Of a DNA stretch of 64,000 nucleotides, positions 20,583 to 29,432 are shown piece after piece. Position numbers and translations under genes: made by a program. Each line of letters opens with the position of its first letter. Position 1 is the stretch's first letter. This stretch comes from Fidelibacterota bacterium (lineage in GTDB: Bacteria; Fidelibacterota; Marinisomatia; SCGC-AAA003-L08; GCA-2689995): assembly GCA_014381925.1 (NCBI GenBank), contig JACNKR010000063.1:68867-132866 (forward strand), given 5' to 3'. Below the pieces are notes generated by a model, which saw only the letters and a list, made by a program, of their open reading frames with translations, did no database searches and was not told the DNA's origin.

Positions 20583-23558
20583 TTATGTTAAAAATATAGC
20601 TAATAATTTATTTAATATATTATCCACAAAAGAATAGATATCTACCCCTTGCTTTAAATTTATATTTATGTGCAAAATATTATTATCAACAGGTAAAAAA
20701 CGAGGCTTAGCTTTTTGTTCCTCGGTTATTTGGATTAATTTTGGAATGAATAAATCCCCTTTACTTGCAACCCCGCTTGGTAAAAACTCTAACTGTAACG
20801 TATTTTTGATAAACACACATTTTTTTATACCAAGCTTTGCACAATAAACCCTTGTTTTGTAATTATTTATAAGATTCGTTAAGGGTCGTGGTATTGGTCC
20901 ATATCTATTTTCAACTTCATATTCAATTTTAGAAAACCCCTCCAATTCATTGCAACAGGCAAATTTTCTATAAAACTCTAAGCGAATTGATTCCGAACAA
21001 ATATATTCATCAGGAATAGCTACATCAAAATATAGCATTACCGAAACTTCTTCCGGCTCAATTACAAACTTCTTTTTAATAATTTTTTTTTCTTGTAGAA
21101 CCTCTTTAATCATTTTAGAATACAATCCATATCCAATTTGGCTTAATCCCCCGCTTTGTTTATAGCCAAAGATTGAGCCAACCCCTCTTATTTCCATATC
21201 TGATTTAGATATATTATATCCAGAACCTAGAGATGTGTTTTTTTCAATACTTTTAAGACGCTTATATGCGTTTCTAGATAGCCTTAATCCTTTTGGAATA
21301 AGCAGGTAAGCAAAGGCTTGTTTGTCGCTTCTGCCAACCCTTCCTCTGATTTGATAAAGCTGAGACAAGCCAAGGTTGTGGGCTTTATTAATAATAATTG
21401 TGTTTACATTTGGGATATCAATACCCGTTTCAATAATAGAAGTACATACAAGTACATCTATTTCTCCTTCTATAAAATGATACATTGTTTTTTCTAATTG
21501 TTTTTTGGGTTCCTGTCCATGGGCAGGCTTGATGTTTAAACCCGGCAGGGAGGTTTCTAATATTTGAACTATTGAATCAAGAGTTTTAACATTATTATGT
21601 ACAAAAAAAACTTGCCCCCCTCGGTTAATTTCAAACATTATCGCTGATTTTATTAATTGAATATTATAATATTTTATATGAGTTTGAATTGGAAACCGTG
21701 CTTTAGGGGAGGTGTTTATTGTTGATATACTTTTTATCCCAGAAAGCGACATGTGTAAAGTTCTAGGTATAGGTGTTGCCGACATTGATAAAACATCTAT
21801 TTCTTTTTTTAGGGTTAATATTTTTTCTTTTTGTTTTACTCCAAATCGATGCTCTTCATCAATTATTAAAAGACCTAAATCTTTAAAAACAACACGGTCT
21901 GATAATAAGGAGTGGGTGCCAATAATAACATTAACTTCCCCATTTTTCAACCTTAATAATGTTTTATCGTTTATAGACTTAGATTTAAACGCAGATATTA
22001 ACCCAACATCAATAGAATAAGGACTTAATCTTTTATTAAATGTTTGGAAGTGTTGACTTGATAAAATAGTGGTGGGTGCAAGAATCGCAACTTGTTTTCC
22101 AGCATAGGCTGTTCTAAAGGTTGCGCGTAGGGCAATTTCGGTTTTACCAAATCCGACATCTCCACACAACAGTCTGTCCATCGGCTTGTTAGAAAGTAAA
22201 TCACTAGAAATTTCGTCCCAAGAGGTGTTTTGGTCTTTTGTTTCTTCAAATGGAAAAGAGTTAATAAACTGTTTCTCAATATCATCGTCAACCGTAAGAG
22301 GCACTCTATGCGCCGCCGATCTTTCAGCATATCCATACAATAATTCGTCTATAATTTCATTAACATGTTTTTTGGCAGATTTTTTCTTTTTATCCCATAA
22401 GTTTTTTTTTGATAAACTGTCTAGTTTTATTAAGGATTCGTTTTTTGAAGCAAAAAACTCTAAAAGCCCGAGGTTTTGTATAGATACATATATTTTCCCG
22501 CCATCAGAATAATGTAACAGAAGCCTTTCATCTGTATTGTTGTCGTCTCCGAAATCAAACACTCCTTTATATTCAGCGACCCCATGGTGTTTATGTACTA
22601 CGCTATCTCCCTTTGAAAGAGAATTAAAATCAATTAAACTCCTCGTTTTTTCAGCACCTGTATTTAAAACACCCTTATTAACAAACCAAATAGGGACAAT
22701 GATTAGATCTTTAAATAAATATCCTATCGATGTTAAATATTTTGATGTAACCGTTTTTATTTTAAAATCTTTTTTAATAAAGTTTTCATACTTAATTGTT
22801 TGAAAGCGAGACGACCCATTTGAAATTTTATTGTTTTTGGTCGGGATGTTTTTTTCAAGAATAACAATTTGTGTATTTGTTGAAACTAAGCCTGAAAGGC
22901 TTTGGTTTCCCTTTTCCCCCTTTGGCAGCAACCTATTAATGCTTGTTTCGGTTGTGGTTATTTGTGATTCAACATCAAATAAAAAAAACTCAACTTCTTC
23001 AGATAAAAAGCTAATCCGCAAAGGTGTATTTCTATTAAAAGGAAAGACATCAATCATCCCTCCTTTTAATGAGCACTCACCCTTTAATGTCACAACATCA
23101 ACAAAAGAAAAAGAAGAGTCTTTTAGCCAAGAAACAAGCTTGTCATAGCTTGTATTATTATCAAAGGTAAAAATATTTTGAGGTGCAACCTCAAAGCATT
23201 TACTATAAAAGGCTTCTTTTGAAGAAAACAATACCTTGGGTAGCAACCCCGCCGATGCTTGAGAATATATTTTATCCACAGACTCTGAAAAGCCAGATTT
23301 AAACCCTGCAGGGGAAGCCTGGTCTATAGAGCTTTTTACTATAAAAAAACCAAGATCATTATCCGCCGAAACAGTTTCGCTATGTATGTTAATTAAAAAA
23401 TCTTCACTAGATATAAATACAAAGCTTTCTGGTAGCTGTTTACACGAATAAATGAATAGCTCAATGGGAAAACCTGTTAAGTCTATTTTTCCTGAGGCAA
23501 GTTTTTGCTTTAAACTGTCTATATGCTGACTAAAACCACAATGTTTCACGTGAAACAT
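20583..23558 (-). CDS. mfd: transcription-repair coupling factor Mfd
   Basis: 991 aa with helicase motifs GDVGFGKTE and DEEHRFG plus a TRG-like region. The start codon lies inside the parS palindrome, so the start is uncertain. Confidence 0.9.
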   Translation of the reverse strand: MFHVKHCGFSQHIDSLKQKLASGKIDLTGFPIELFIYSCKQLPESFVFISSEDFLINIHSETVSADNDLGFFIVKSSIDQASPAGFKSGFSESVDKIYSQASAGLLPKVLFSSKEAFYSKCFEVAPQNIFTFDNNTSYDKLVSWLKDSSFSFVDVVTLKGECSLKGGMIDVFPFNRNTPLRISFLSEEVEFFLFDVESQITTTETSINRLLPKGEKGNQSLSGLVSTNTQIVILEKNIPTKNNKISNGSSRFQTIKYENFIKKDFKIKTVTSKYLTSIGYLFKDLIIVPIWFVNKGVLNTGAEKTRSLIDFNSLSKGDSVVHKHHGVAEYKGVFDFGDDNNTDERLLLHYSDGGKIYVSIQNLGLLEFFASKNESLIKLDSLSKKNLWDKKKKSAKKHVNEIIDELLYGYAERSAAHRVPLTVDDDIEKQFINSFPFEETKDQNTSWDEISSDLLSNKPMDRLLCGDVGFGKTEIALRATFRTAYAGKQVAILAPTTILSSQHFQTFNKRLSPYSIDVGLISAFKSKSINDKTLLRLKNGEVNVIIGTHSLLSDRVVFKDLGLLIIDEEHRFGVKQKEKILTLKKEIDVLSMSATPIPRTLHMSLSGIKSISTINTSPKARFPIQTHIKYYNIQLIKSAIMFEINRGGQVFFVHNNVKTLDSIVQILETSLPGLNIKPAHGQEPKKQLEKTMYHFIEGEIDVLVCTSIIETGIDIPNVNTIIINKAHNLGLSQLYQIRGRVGRSDKQAFAYLLIPKGLRLSRNAYKRLKSIEKNTSLGSGYNISKSDMEIRGVGSIFGYKQSGGLSQIGYGLYSKMIKEVLQEKKIIKKKFVIEPEEVSVMLYFDVAIPDEYICSESIRLEFYRKFACCNELEGFSKIEYEVENRYGPIPRPLTNLINNYKTRVYCAKLGIKKCVFIKNTLQLEFLPSGVASKGDLFIPKLIQITEEQKAKPRFLPVDNNILHININLKQGVDIYSFVDNILNKLLAIFLT
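20620..20628 (+). promoter_or_regulatory. perfect DnaA box TTATCCACA
   Basis: Exact 9-mer inside the 3' end of mfd. Confidence 0.5.
23272..23280 (+). promoter_or_regulatory. perfect DnaA box TTATCCACA
   Basis: Exact 9-mer inside the 5' part of mfd. Confidence 0.5.
23542..23557. promoter_or_regulatory. parS centromere-like site TGTTTCACGTGAAACA
   Basis: A perfect 16-bp palindrome identical to the ParB-binding parS consensus. It extends to an 18-bp palindrome, ATGTTTCACGTGAAACAT (23541..23558), at the mnmG/mfd junction. Confidence 0.8.
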
Positions 23559-25352
23559 TTATTTTGAAAGTGCTATTGCAATGGAGGCAACATCTGAAGG
23601 GTTAACCCCTGCTATTCTTGAGGCCTGGCCTAGTGTTTCAGGTTTTAATCTTGTTAGCTTCTCTCTCGCCTCGTTAGATAGATTGTATATTTTATTGTAT
23701 GAAAAGTTTACATTAATTATTTTTTCTTCAAGAGATTTAGTTTTTTTTATTCTTTCCTCTTCTCTTATAATATATCCCTTATATTTAATAAACGTTTCTA
23801 CAGAGAATAAAACTTCAGCAGGAATAGAGTTAAAACCTTTCTCATTGGAAAGGTCTAAAAAAGAAATATCTCCCCTTAGAATGCTTTTATAAATAGAGTT
23901 CTGCTTTCTCTGGTTTTTGGTTAATATGCTCATTACATTGTTGTAGTTATTAATAAACTCTTCATAGGTAGAAGCTTGTACCTTCGTTAGTAAATTATGT
24001 TTAATTGCAGTTGGAGACAGCCGTAAGACCGCCGTGTCAGACCTTAAAAGAAGTCTATGTTCTGCGCTTGCAGTAAACATTCTGTATGGCTCGTTGATTT
24101 CTTTTGTTGTAAGGTCGTCTATTAATACTCCTATATATGCCTGATCTCTTGTAAGGACAAAACTTTTTTTATTTTCGATATATTTACATGCATTTATTCC
24201 AGCGATTAACCCTTGTGCCGCCGCCTCTTCATAACCTGAAGTGCCGTTAATTTGTCCTGCTGAAAATAAGCCTAAAACTGTTTTAGACTCTAGGGATCTT
24301 TTTAATTGTGATGGAACCAAATAGTCGTACTCAATTGCATAGCCAGGCCTAATGAGTTCGACATTTTTAAAGGCAGGGATTGTTTTTAGTGCAGATGTTT
24401 GTGTTTCTTTAGGCAGGCTTGTTGAAAATCCATTTAAATATATTTGTTTAGAATTTACCCATTCAGGCTCTAAAAACAGCTGGTGAAAAGGTTTATTTGA
24501 AAATCTAAAAACTTTATCTTCTATACTTGGACAATAACGAGGCCCCACTCCTTCTATTTTTCCAGAAAACATAGCAGATAGATGCATTTTTTTTAATATA
24601 TGTTTATGTGTTCGTGTAGATGTGTTTACAATATTACAATTATCATTTCTAGGAAAAAAGGGTCGCTTTGTATTTGTTGAGAAGGGAAAAGGGTTTTTCT
24701 CTCCTTTAGAAATTTCTGTTTTACTCCAATCAATTGAATTACTTAAAAGACGAGGCGGAGTTCCTGTTTTTAATCTCCCTGTTGTAAAGCCATGTTTGCT
24801 TAATGCCTCTGTTAATCCTGTTGATGGTATTTCGCCCATTCGTCCTGCCCTAAAAGTGGTATCTCCAATATGAATAAGTCCATTTAAAAAAGTTCCTGCG
24901 GTAATTATTAGGGCAGAGCATTTAATTTTCTTTTTAGATTTTAAAATAACATGAGAAACGGCTCCTCTGATTGTGTCAAAATCAACAACTTCACCTTTTA
25001 TTATGTTTATGTTCTTATTTGTTTTAACAAAGTTATTAATATAATTTGCATATTGAAGTTTATCAACTTGAGCTCGTGGACTCCAAACAGCCCGCCCTTT
25101 TGATTTATTTAATGTTTTGAACTGTAAACACGCTTTGTCAGCAAAAAACCCCATTGCACCACCAAGTGCATCAATTTCTTTAACAAGATGACCTTTTGCA
25201 AGACCCCCAATTGCGGGGTTACAAGACATTCTTCCAAGTGCTTTTGGGTCAAGTGTAATAATAGTAGCTTTAAAACCCATTCTTGAAATTGCAAGGGCAG
25301 CCTCTATCCCCGCATGTCCACCTCCAGCAATAATAATATTTTCATCTTTCAA
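23559..25352 (-). CDS. mnmG: tRNA uridine 5-carboxymethylaminomethyl modification enzyme MnmG (GidA)
   Basis: 597 aa with the N-terminal FAD motif IIAGGGHAGIEAA. Confidence 0.97.
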   Translation of the reverse strand: MKDENIIIAGGGHAGIEAALAISRMGFKATIITLDPKALGRMSCNPAIGGLAKGHLVKEIDALGGAMGFFADKACLQFKTLNKSKGRAVWSPRAQVDKLQYANYINNFVKTNKNINIIKGEVVDFDTIRGAVSHVILKSKKKIKCSALIITAGTFLNGLIHIGDTTFRAGRMGEIPSTGLTEALSKHGFTTGRLKTGTPPRLLSNSIDWSKTEISKGEKNPFPFSTNTKRPFFPRNDNCNIVNTSTRTHKHILKKMHLSAMFSGKIEGVGPRYCPSIEDKVFRFSNKPFHQLFLEPEWVNSKQIYLNGFSTSLPKETQTSALKTIPAFKNVELIRPGYAIEYDYLVPSQLKRSLESKTVLGLFSAGQINGTSGYEEAAAQGLIAGINACKYIENKKSFVLTRDQAYIGVLIDDLTTKEINEPYRMFTASAEHRLLLRSDTAVLRLSPTAIKHNLLTKVQASTYEEFINNYNNVMSILTKNQRKQNSIYKSILRGDISFLDLSNEKGFNSIPAEVLFSVETFIKYKGYIIREEERIKKTKSLEEKIINVNFSYNKIYNLSNEAREKLTRLKPETLGQASRIAGVNPSDVASIAIALSK

Positions 25353-25354
25353 GT

Positions 25355-26704
25355 TTATTTACCAATGCAAAATGATGAGAATAAATTGTTAAATATATCT
25401 TCGTTAGAAATTTTCCCCAATGTTTCTTCAAGAATTTCCGTAAACTCATGTAAGAGAGATGATAGCAAAACAAGGTCGGGTTCGTTATTTAATATGTTAA
25501 TTGCTTCGTTTAAAATACCAACAGTGCTTAATATTAATGCATGCTGTCTTTCGCTCATTACCACCGGATCTTTGGAGTAATTATAGCTAAGGCTATCCTT
25601 TAGGTGTGTGGATAACTCTGTGTATAACTGGTCAATCCCCGTGTTTGTTTTTGTAGATATTTTGATTAAATTTGTGCCTTTAATGTCGTTCAGGTTGAGA
25701 TCTGACTTGGTGTGAACAAGTATAATTTTTTTATTTAATAAATCCATGTTTTGTTGTTTATAAAAATTTAATGGATTCTCTTCATCAAGTAATAAAATAA
25801 TGTCAGCATTCTTAAATTCTTGCATTGATTTTTGAATTCCTAGTAATTCAACTTCATTATTTGATTCAATAATACCCGCGGTATCAATAATGCAAACAGG
25901 AATACCAGAAATTTCCAACCATGTTTCAATTGTATCTCTTGTTGTGCCGGGAATATTTGTAACAATTGCTTTTTCTGAACCAGATAAACGATTAAACAAT
26001 GACGATTTCCCCGCATTTGGTTTTCCAAATAAAACAACTCGAACCCCAACATTAATAGTCTTACCAAAACGGGAGCTGCTAATTATATTTTTTATGGTAT
26101 ATAAAATATTATTTAAAATTAATTTAATTTCTGAAGTTGTAGTAAAAGAAACTTCATCTTCGGCAAAATCTAATTCATGCTCTAAAATAGTTAAGAGAGT
26201 AATTACTTCTTTTCTAATATTTAATAAAGATTGTGATAAATCGCCGTTTAGATTGTTTAATTGAACTTTTGCATTTTTTGATGTTTTAGATGAAATTAAT
26301 CCAGAAATTGCCTCGGCTTGAATTAAATCAATTTTCCCATTTATAAATGCTCTATAAGAGAACTCGCCAGGCGAAGCCTGGCGAACTTTTAACGAATAAA
26401 GAAGGGCAAGTATTGCCTTTGGAATAAACTCACCTCCGTGGCTAGAAATTTCTAATATGTCTTCTCCGGTAAAACTATTTGGACCTTTAAAGTATGTTAT
26501 TAAACAATTATCTAGTTTGTTTCGATTAATGTCAACTATTGAATTATAATTTACATAGCGAGGCTGTGGAGGAGTTTTTTGATTTGTAATTCTTTTATAT
26601 AGAGAAATTAGATTTTGACCTGAAACTCTAATAACAGCAATGGCGCCTATTCCTGGAGGAGTTGCGAGTGCAACAATATCATCCTGAACAAGAGGCTTAA
26701 TCAT
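25355..26704 (-). CDS. mnmE: tRNA modification GTPase MnmE (TrmE)
   Basis: 449 aa with G-domain GKPNAGKSSLFN and DTAG motifs. It ends in the C-terminal FCIGK. Confidence 0.97.
   Translation of the reverse strand: MIKPLVQDDIVALATPPGIGAIAVIRVSGQNLISLYKRITNQKTPPQPRYVNYNSIVDINRNKLDNCLITYFKGPNSFTGEDILEISSHGGEFIPKAILALLYSLKVRQASPGEFSYRAFINGKIDLIQAEAISGLISSKTSKNAKVQLNNLNGDLSQSLLNIRKEVITLLTILEHELDFAEDEVSFTTTSEIKLILNNILYTIKNIISSSRFGKTINVGVRVVLFGKPNAGKSSLFNRLSGSEKAIVTNIPGTTRDTIETWLEISGIPVCIIDTAGIIESNNEVELLGIQKSMQEFKNADIILLLDEENPLNFYKQQNMDLLNKKIILVHTKSDLNLNDIKGTNLIKISTKTNTGIDQLYTELSTHLKDSLSYNYSKDPVVMSERQHALILSTVGILNEAINILNNEPDLVLLSSLLHEFTEILEETLGKISNEDIFNNLFSSFCIGK
25607..25615 (-). promoter_or_regulatory. 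perfect DnaA box (TGTGGATAA)
   Basis: Exact 9-mer inside the 3' part of mnmE. Confidence 0.5.
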
Positions 26705-28443
26705 TAAGTGGTGGAAAGTTTAGTCGTTTTTTTAAGGTTCCACTGTTGAATAATATTTAATATGTTTGAGGTAGCATAATATAAGTTTAGTCCAGAAGGA
26801 AATGAATTGAAAATTAAAAAGAAAAATCCAGTCATCATATACATAATTGGTTTTTGTGAACTATCCATTGTTGCGGAAGAAAATTTTTGCTGAAAGAACA
26901 TTGTTATCCCCATAAATAATGGTAAAATTGCAATATGAGCACCATAAATAGGGATAGAAAAAGGAAGGTTTACAATTATATCAGGCTGTGATAAATCTGT
27001 GATCCATAAAAAGAAAGGCTCCCCTCTAAATTCAATTGTTGTTCTAAAGGTAACAAATAACGCGAACAATAAAGGCATTTGGATAATTATTGGTAGACAT
27101 CCACCTAAAGGATTAACACTATGTTTTTTCCAAAGAGCCATTGTTTCTTTATTTAGCTTCATTGGATCATCTTTATATTTAGCTTGAAGCTTTTTTATTT
27201 GGGGTTGAAGCTGTTGAATTTTCTGATTTGATACGGTTGCTTTTTTTGTAAGTGGACCTGTTAATAGTCGAACAAGGAAAGCAAATAAAATTAGAACAAT
27301 GCCATAGTTTATTTGAAAGCCGGTGTATGGATTATGTAAAAATTTCAGTAATTTTAATATAAACTTAGAAATTGGGCGTATGAAAAAATAACCCCAATTC
27401 ATTGCTTCTTCGATATTAGAACCTGTTTTTTTCATTTCGGTTACATCTTGTGGCCCGAGATATAGCTTTCCTGAAAGAATATGTTCACTATCACTATGAC
27501 CAATATACATTTTATAACCAGGGGTAATATCTCTATCTCCAAAGCTTTTATTTTCAGCCTCAAAAGACCCGTAAATACCCTTATTATCCGGTATAATTGA
27601 GGCAATAAAATATTTTGTTTTTATAGAAGCCCAATCTGTTCTTCCGTCAAGAGATTCTAAATAAAGTTTATCTGGTGAATTTTGGTTTACTGATTCTTTA
27701 TCATCTACCTGCCAAATAACGCTTCCAGATTCTGTAATGTCATCATCTTTGTTTTTCTCTGTAGGTCTTAATGCTTTTGTCCATGCAATTTCTTTTGTAA
27801 AAGCTCCATCGTTTAAACTTTCAGTATTTACTGTATAGTTAAAATGATAAAAATCACCATTAACAATTAAAGATTTTTCGATGATGTTTCCAGAATTATC
27901 TTTAAAAGTAAAATCAAACTGTTTTGATTCGCCTTCTTTTATATTAAAGATTTGCCCATTTGTAATTTCTGTTGTAAACGGTCTATCAAAGAAAACTGGC
28001 TTATTAGACGAATGGTCTCTTAGTGCCAAGCAGGGCGCACAGGAATTCTCTTCAGGTAATAATATTGAAACAGGGGCTTCTTCATTATAGCTTCCATCAT
28101 CTAAATACCCGCCCATGTAATCTTTTAAAATAAAAGATCTAATTGTCCCTCCCCCTGAATTTGATATTTCAGCAGTGTATTTAGGGGTTTCAACGGTGAA
28201 TACAATTTCATTTTTAAAATCTTGGTATTGTTTGGACCGAAGCGCGTCGTCAGAATCTTCTATTTTTTGAATATATTCAAAATTATTGGACTGTTTTGAA
28301 TCTGTTAATTTTTTTTCTTCAAATTCTAAAGAAGTATTTTCAGGTTGAGGTGGAGAAATAAACTCCATATATTTAGGTGTAAGAAATAACACCACTAAAA
28401 TTAAAAGAAATGCGAGAAGTTGTTGTTTACCGGAATTTAACAT
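26704..28443 (-). CDS. yidC: membrane protein insertase YidC
   Basis: 579 aa with an N-terminal TM, a large periplasmic domain and the C-terminal 5-TM insertase core. Its position after yidD fits. Confidence 0.93.
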   Translation of the reverse strand: MLNSGKQQLLAFLLILVVLFLTPKYMEFISPPQPENTSLEFEEKKLTDSKQSNNFEYIQKIEDSDDALRSKQYQDFKNEIVFTVETPKYTAEISNSGGGTIRSFILKDYMGGYLDDGSYNEEAPVSILLPEENSCAPCLALRDHSSNKPVFFDRPFTTEITNGQIFNIKEGESKQFDFTFKDNSGNIIEKSLIVNGDFYHFNYTVNTESLNDGAFTKEIAWTKALRPTEKNKDDDITESGSVIWQVDDKESVNQNSPDKLYLESLDGRTDWASIKTKYFIASIIPDNKGIYGSFEAENKSFGDRDITPGYKMYIGHSDSEHILSGKLYLGPQDVTEMKKTGSNIEEAMNWGYFFIRPISKFILKLLKFLHNPYTGFQINYGIVLILFAFLVRLLTGPLTKKATVSNQKIQQLQPQIKKLQAKYKDDPMKLNKETMALWKKHSVNPLGGCLPIIIQMPLLFALFVTFRTTIEFRGEPFFLWITDLSQPDIIVNLPFSIPIYGAHIAILPLFMGITMFFQQKFSSATMDSSQKPIMYMMTGFFFLIFNSFPSGLNLYYATSNILNIIQQWNLKKTTKLSTT

Positions 28444-28450
28444 TTTTACC

Positions 28451-28663
28451 TTATTTTACTGGATCCCAATGATTATGTTTTGACCAAGGATGACACCGTC
28501 CAATTCGTTTTAATCCTTTTATAGAGCCGCCGAGTGCTCCATATTTATAAATTGATTCAATCATATAATGCGAACAAGAGGGGGAGTATCGACATGCTGG
28601 TGGCAATATGGTTCCAATTGTTAGTTGATATAATTTTACCAGACCGATTAGAAATTTAGTCAT
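28451..28663 (-). CDS. yidD: membrane protein insertion efficiency factor YidD
   Basis: 70 aa with CRYSPSCSHY and GRCHPW motifs. Confidence 0.93.
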   Translation of the reverse strand: MTKFLIGLVKLYQLTIGTILPPACRYSPSCSHYMIESIYKYGALGGSIKGLKRIGRCHPWSKHNHWDPVK

Positions 28664-28959
28664 ATTAATTTTTTTTTAATATTAGAAAAACCATTTAAAA
28701 GAGCGCTCCATGAAACAGTGGTTTTTAAAGGCTGAACAACAAGAACGACATTTTCATTAATAAAAAACTTATAAAACAAAGACCGACACCTTCGTTTAAA
28801 TAAATTTCTTTTTACAGCATTTCCATATTTTCTAGATACTATTAACCCTAAGTTTGAATTATTTTCAAAGCGGTATCTAAATAACAAATCCCCGATTATC
28901 AGGGATTTATAGGAGGAAAAAAAATGACGAAACTCTCGTTGTTCGAGTGCATACTTCAA
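28660..28959 (-). CDS. rnpA: ribonuclease P protein component
   Basis: 99 aa, basic, with a TTG start. It sits between rpmH and yidD. Its TGA stop overlaps the yidD ATG. Confidence 0.8.
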   Translation of the reverse strand: MKYALEQREFRHFFSSYKSLIIGDLLFRYRFENNSNLGLIVSRKYGNAVKRNLFKRRCRSLFYKFFINENVVLVVQPLKTTVSWSALLNGFSNIKKKLI

Positions 28960-28962
28960 AAT

Positions 28963-29097
28963 TTATGCAGAAAGTGTTTTTCTACCCTTTTGCCGTCGCC
29001 TAGCCATCATTGCTTTACCATTTTTAGTACGGGTTCTTTTTAAAAACCCGTGCTTGTTTCTTCTTTTACGATTACTTTTACGAATTGTTATTTTCAT
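28963..29097 (-). CDS. rpmH: 50S ribosomal protein L34
   Basis: Not in the ORF track because it is too short. My hand translation gives [44 protein letters not shown] (44 aa). Confidence 0.95.
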   Translation of the reverse strand: MKITIRKSNRKRRNKHGFLKRTRTKNGKAMMARRRQKGRKTLSA

Positions 29098-29432
29098 CAA
29101 TTATCCTAATTCTGTGTCTAAAATAGCCGAGTAATTTATAAAAGATTAACTATATAACCCTCAAGTTTAATTTACAAAAAATTTATTGAAATTTTGGTTG
29201 ATTTAGGCAGTAGATATTTTTAAGATTTAATTAATTTACTATTGATATTTTCTAATATTCATAAGGCTGTCCAATTGTTAGAGAGGTCAACACTATAATT
29301 GATGTATTTAAAATGGTACCATCAATCCTTTAAAATATATCCAACCTTATCGATTTTATTTATAATTATGTTCAATACGAGCTATAAACATTAATTTTTT
29401 TTCTATAACAGATGTATAATATTAAATTTCAA

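Noticed and set aside
29099-29432. The 334-bp AT-rich gap upstream of rpmH as oriC, which is its classical location.
   Set aside because: It contains only degenerate DnaA-box-like 9-mers (for example TTATCCTAA) and no perfect boxes or DUE-like repeats. It is retained only as the rpmH promoter region.
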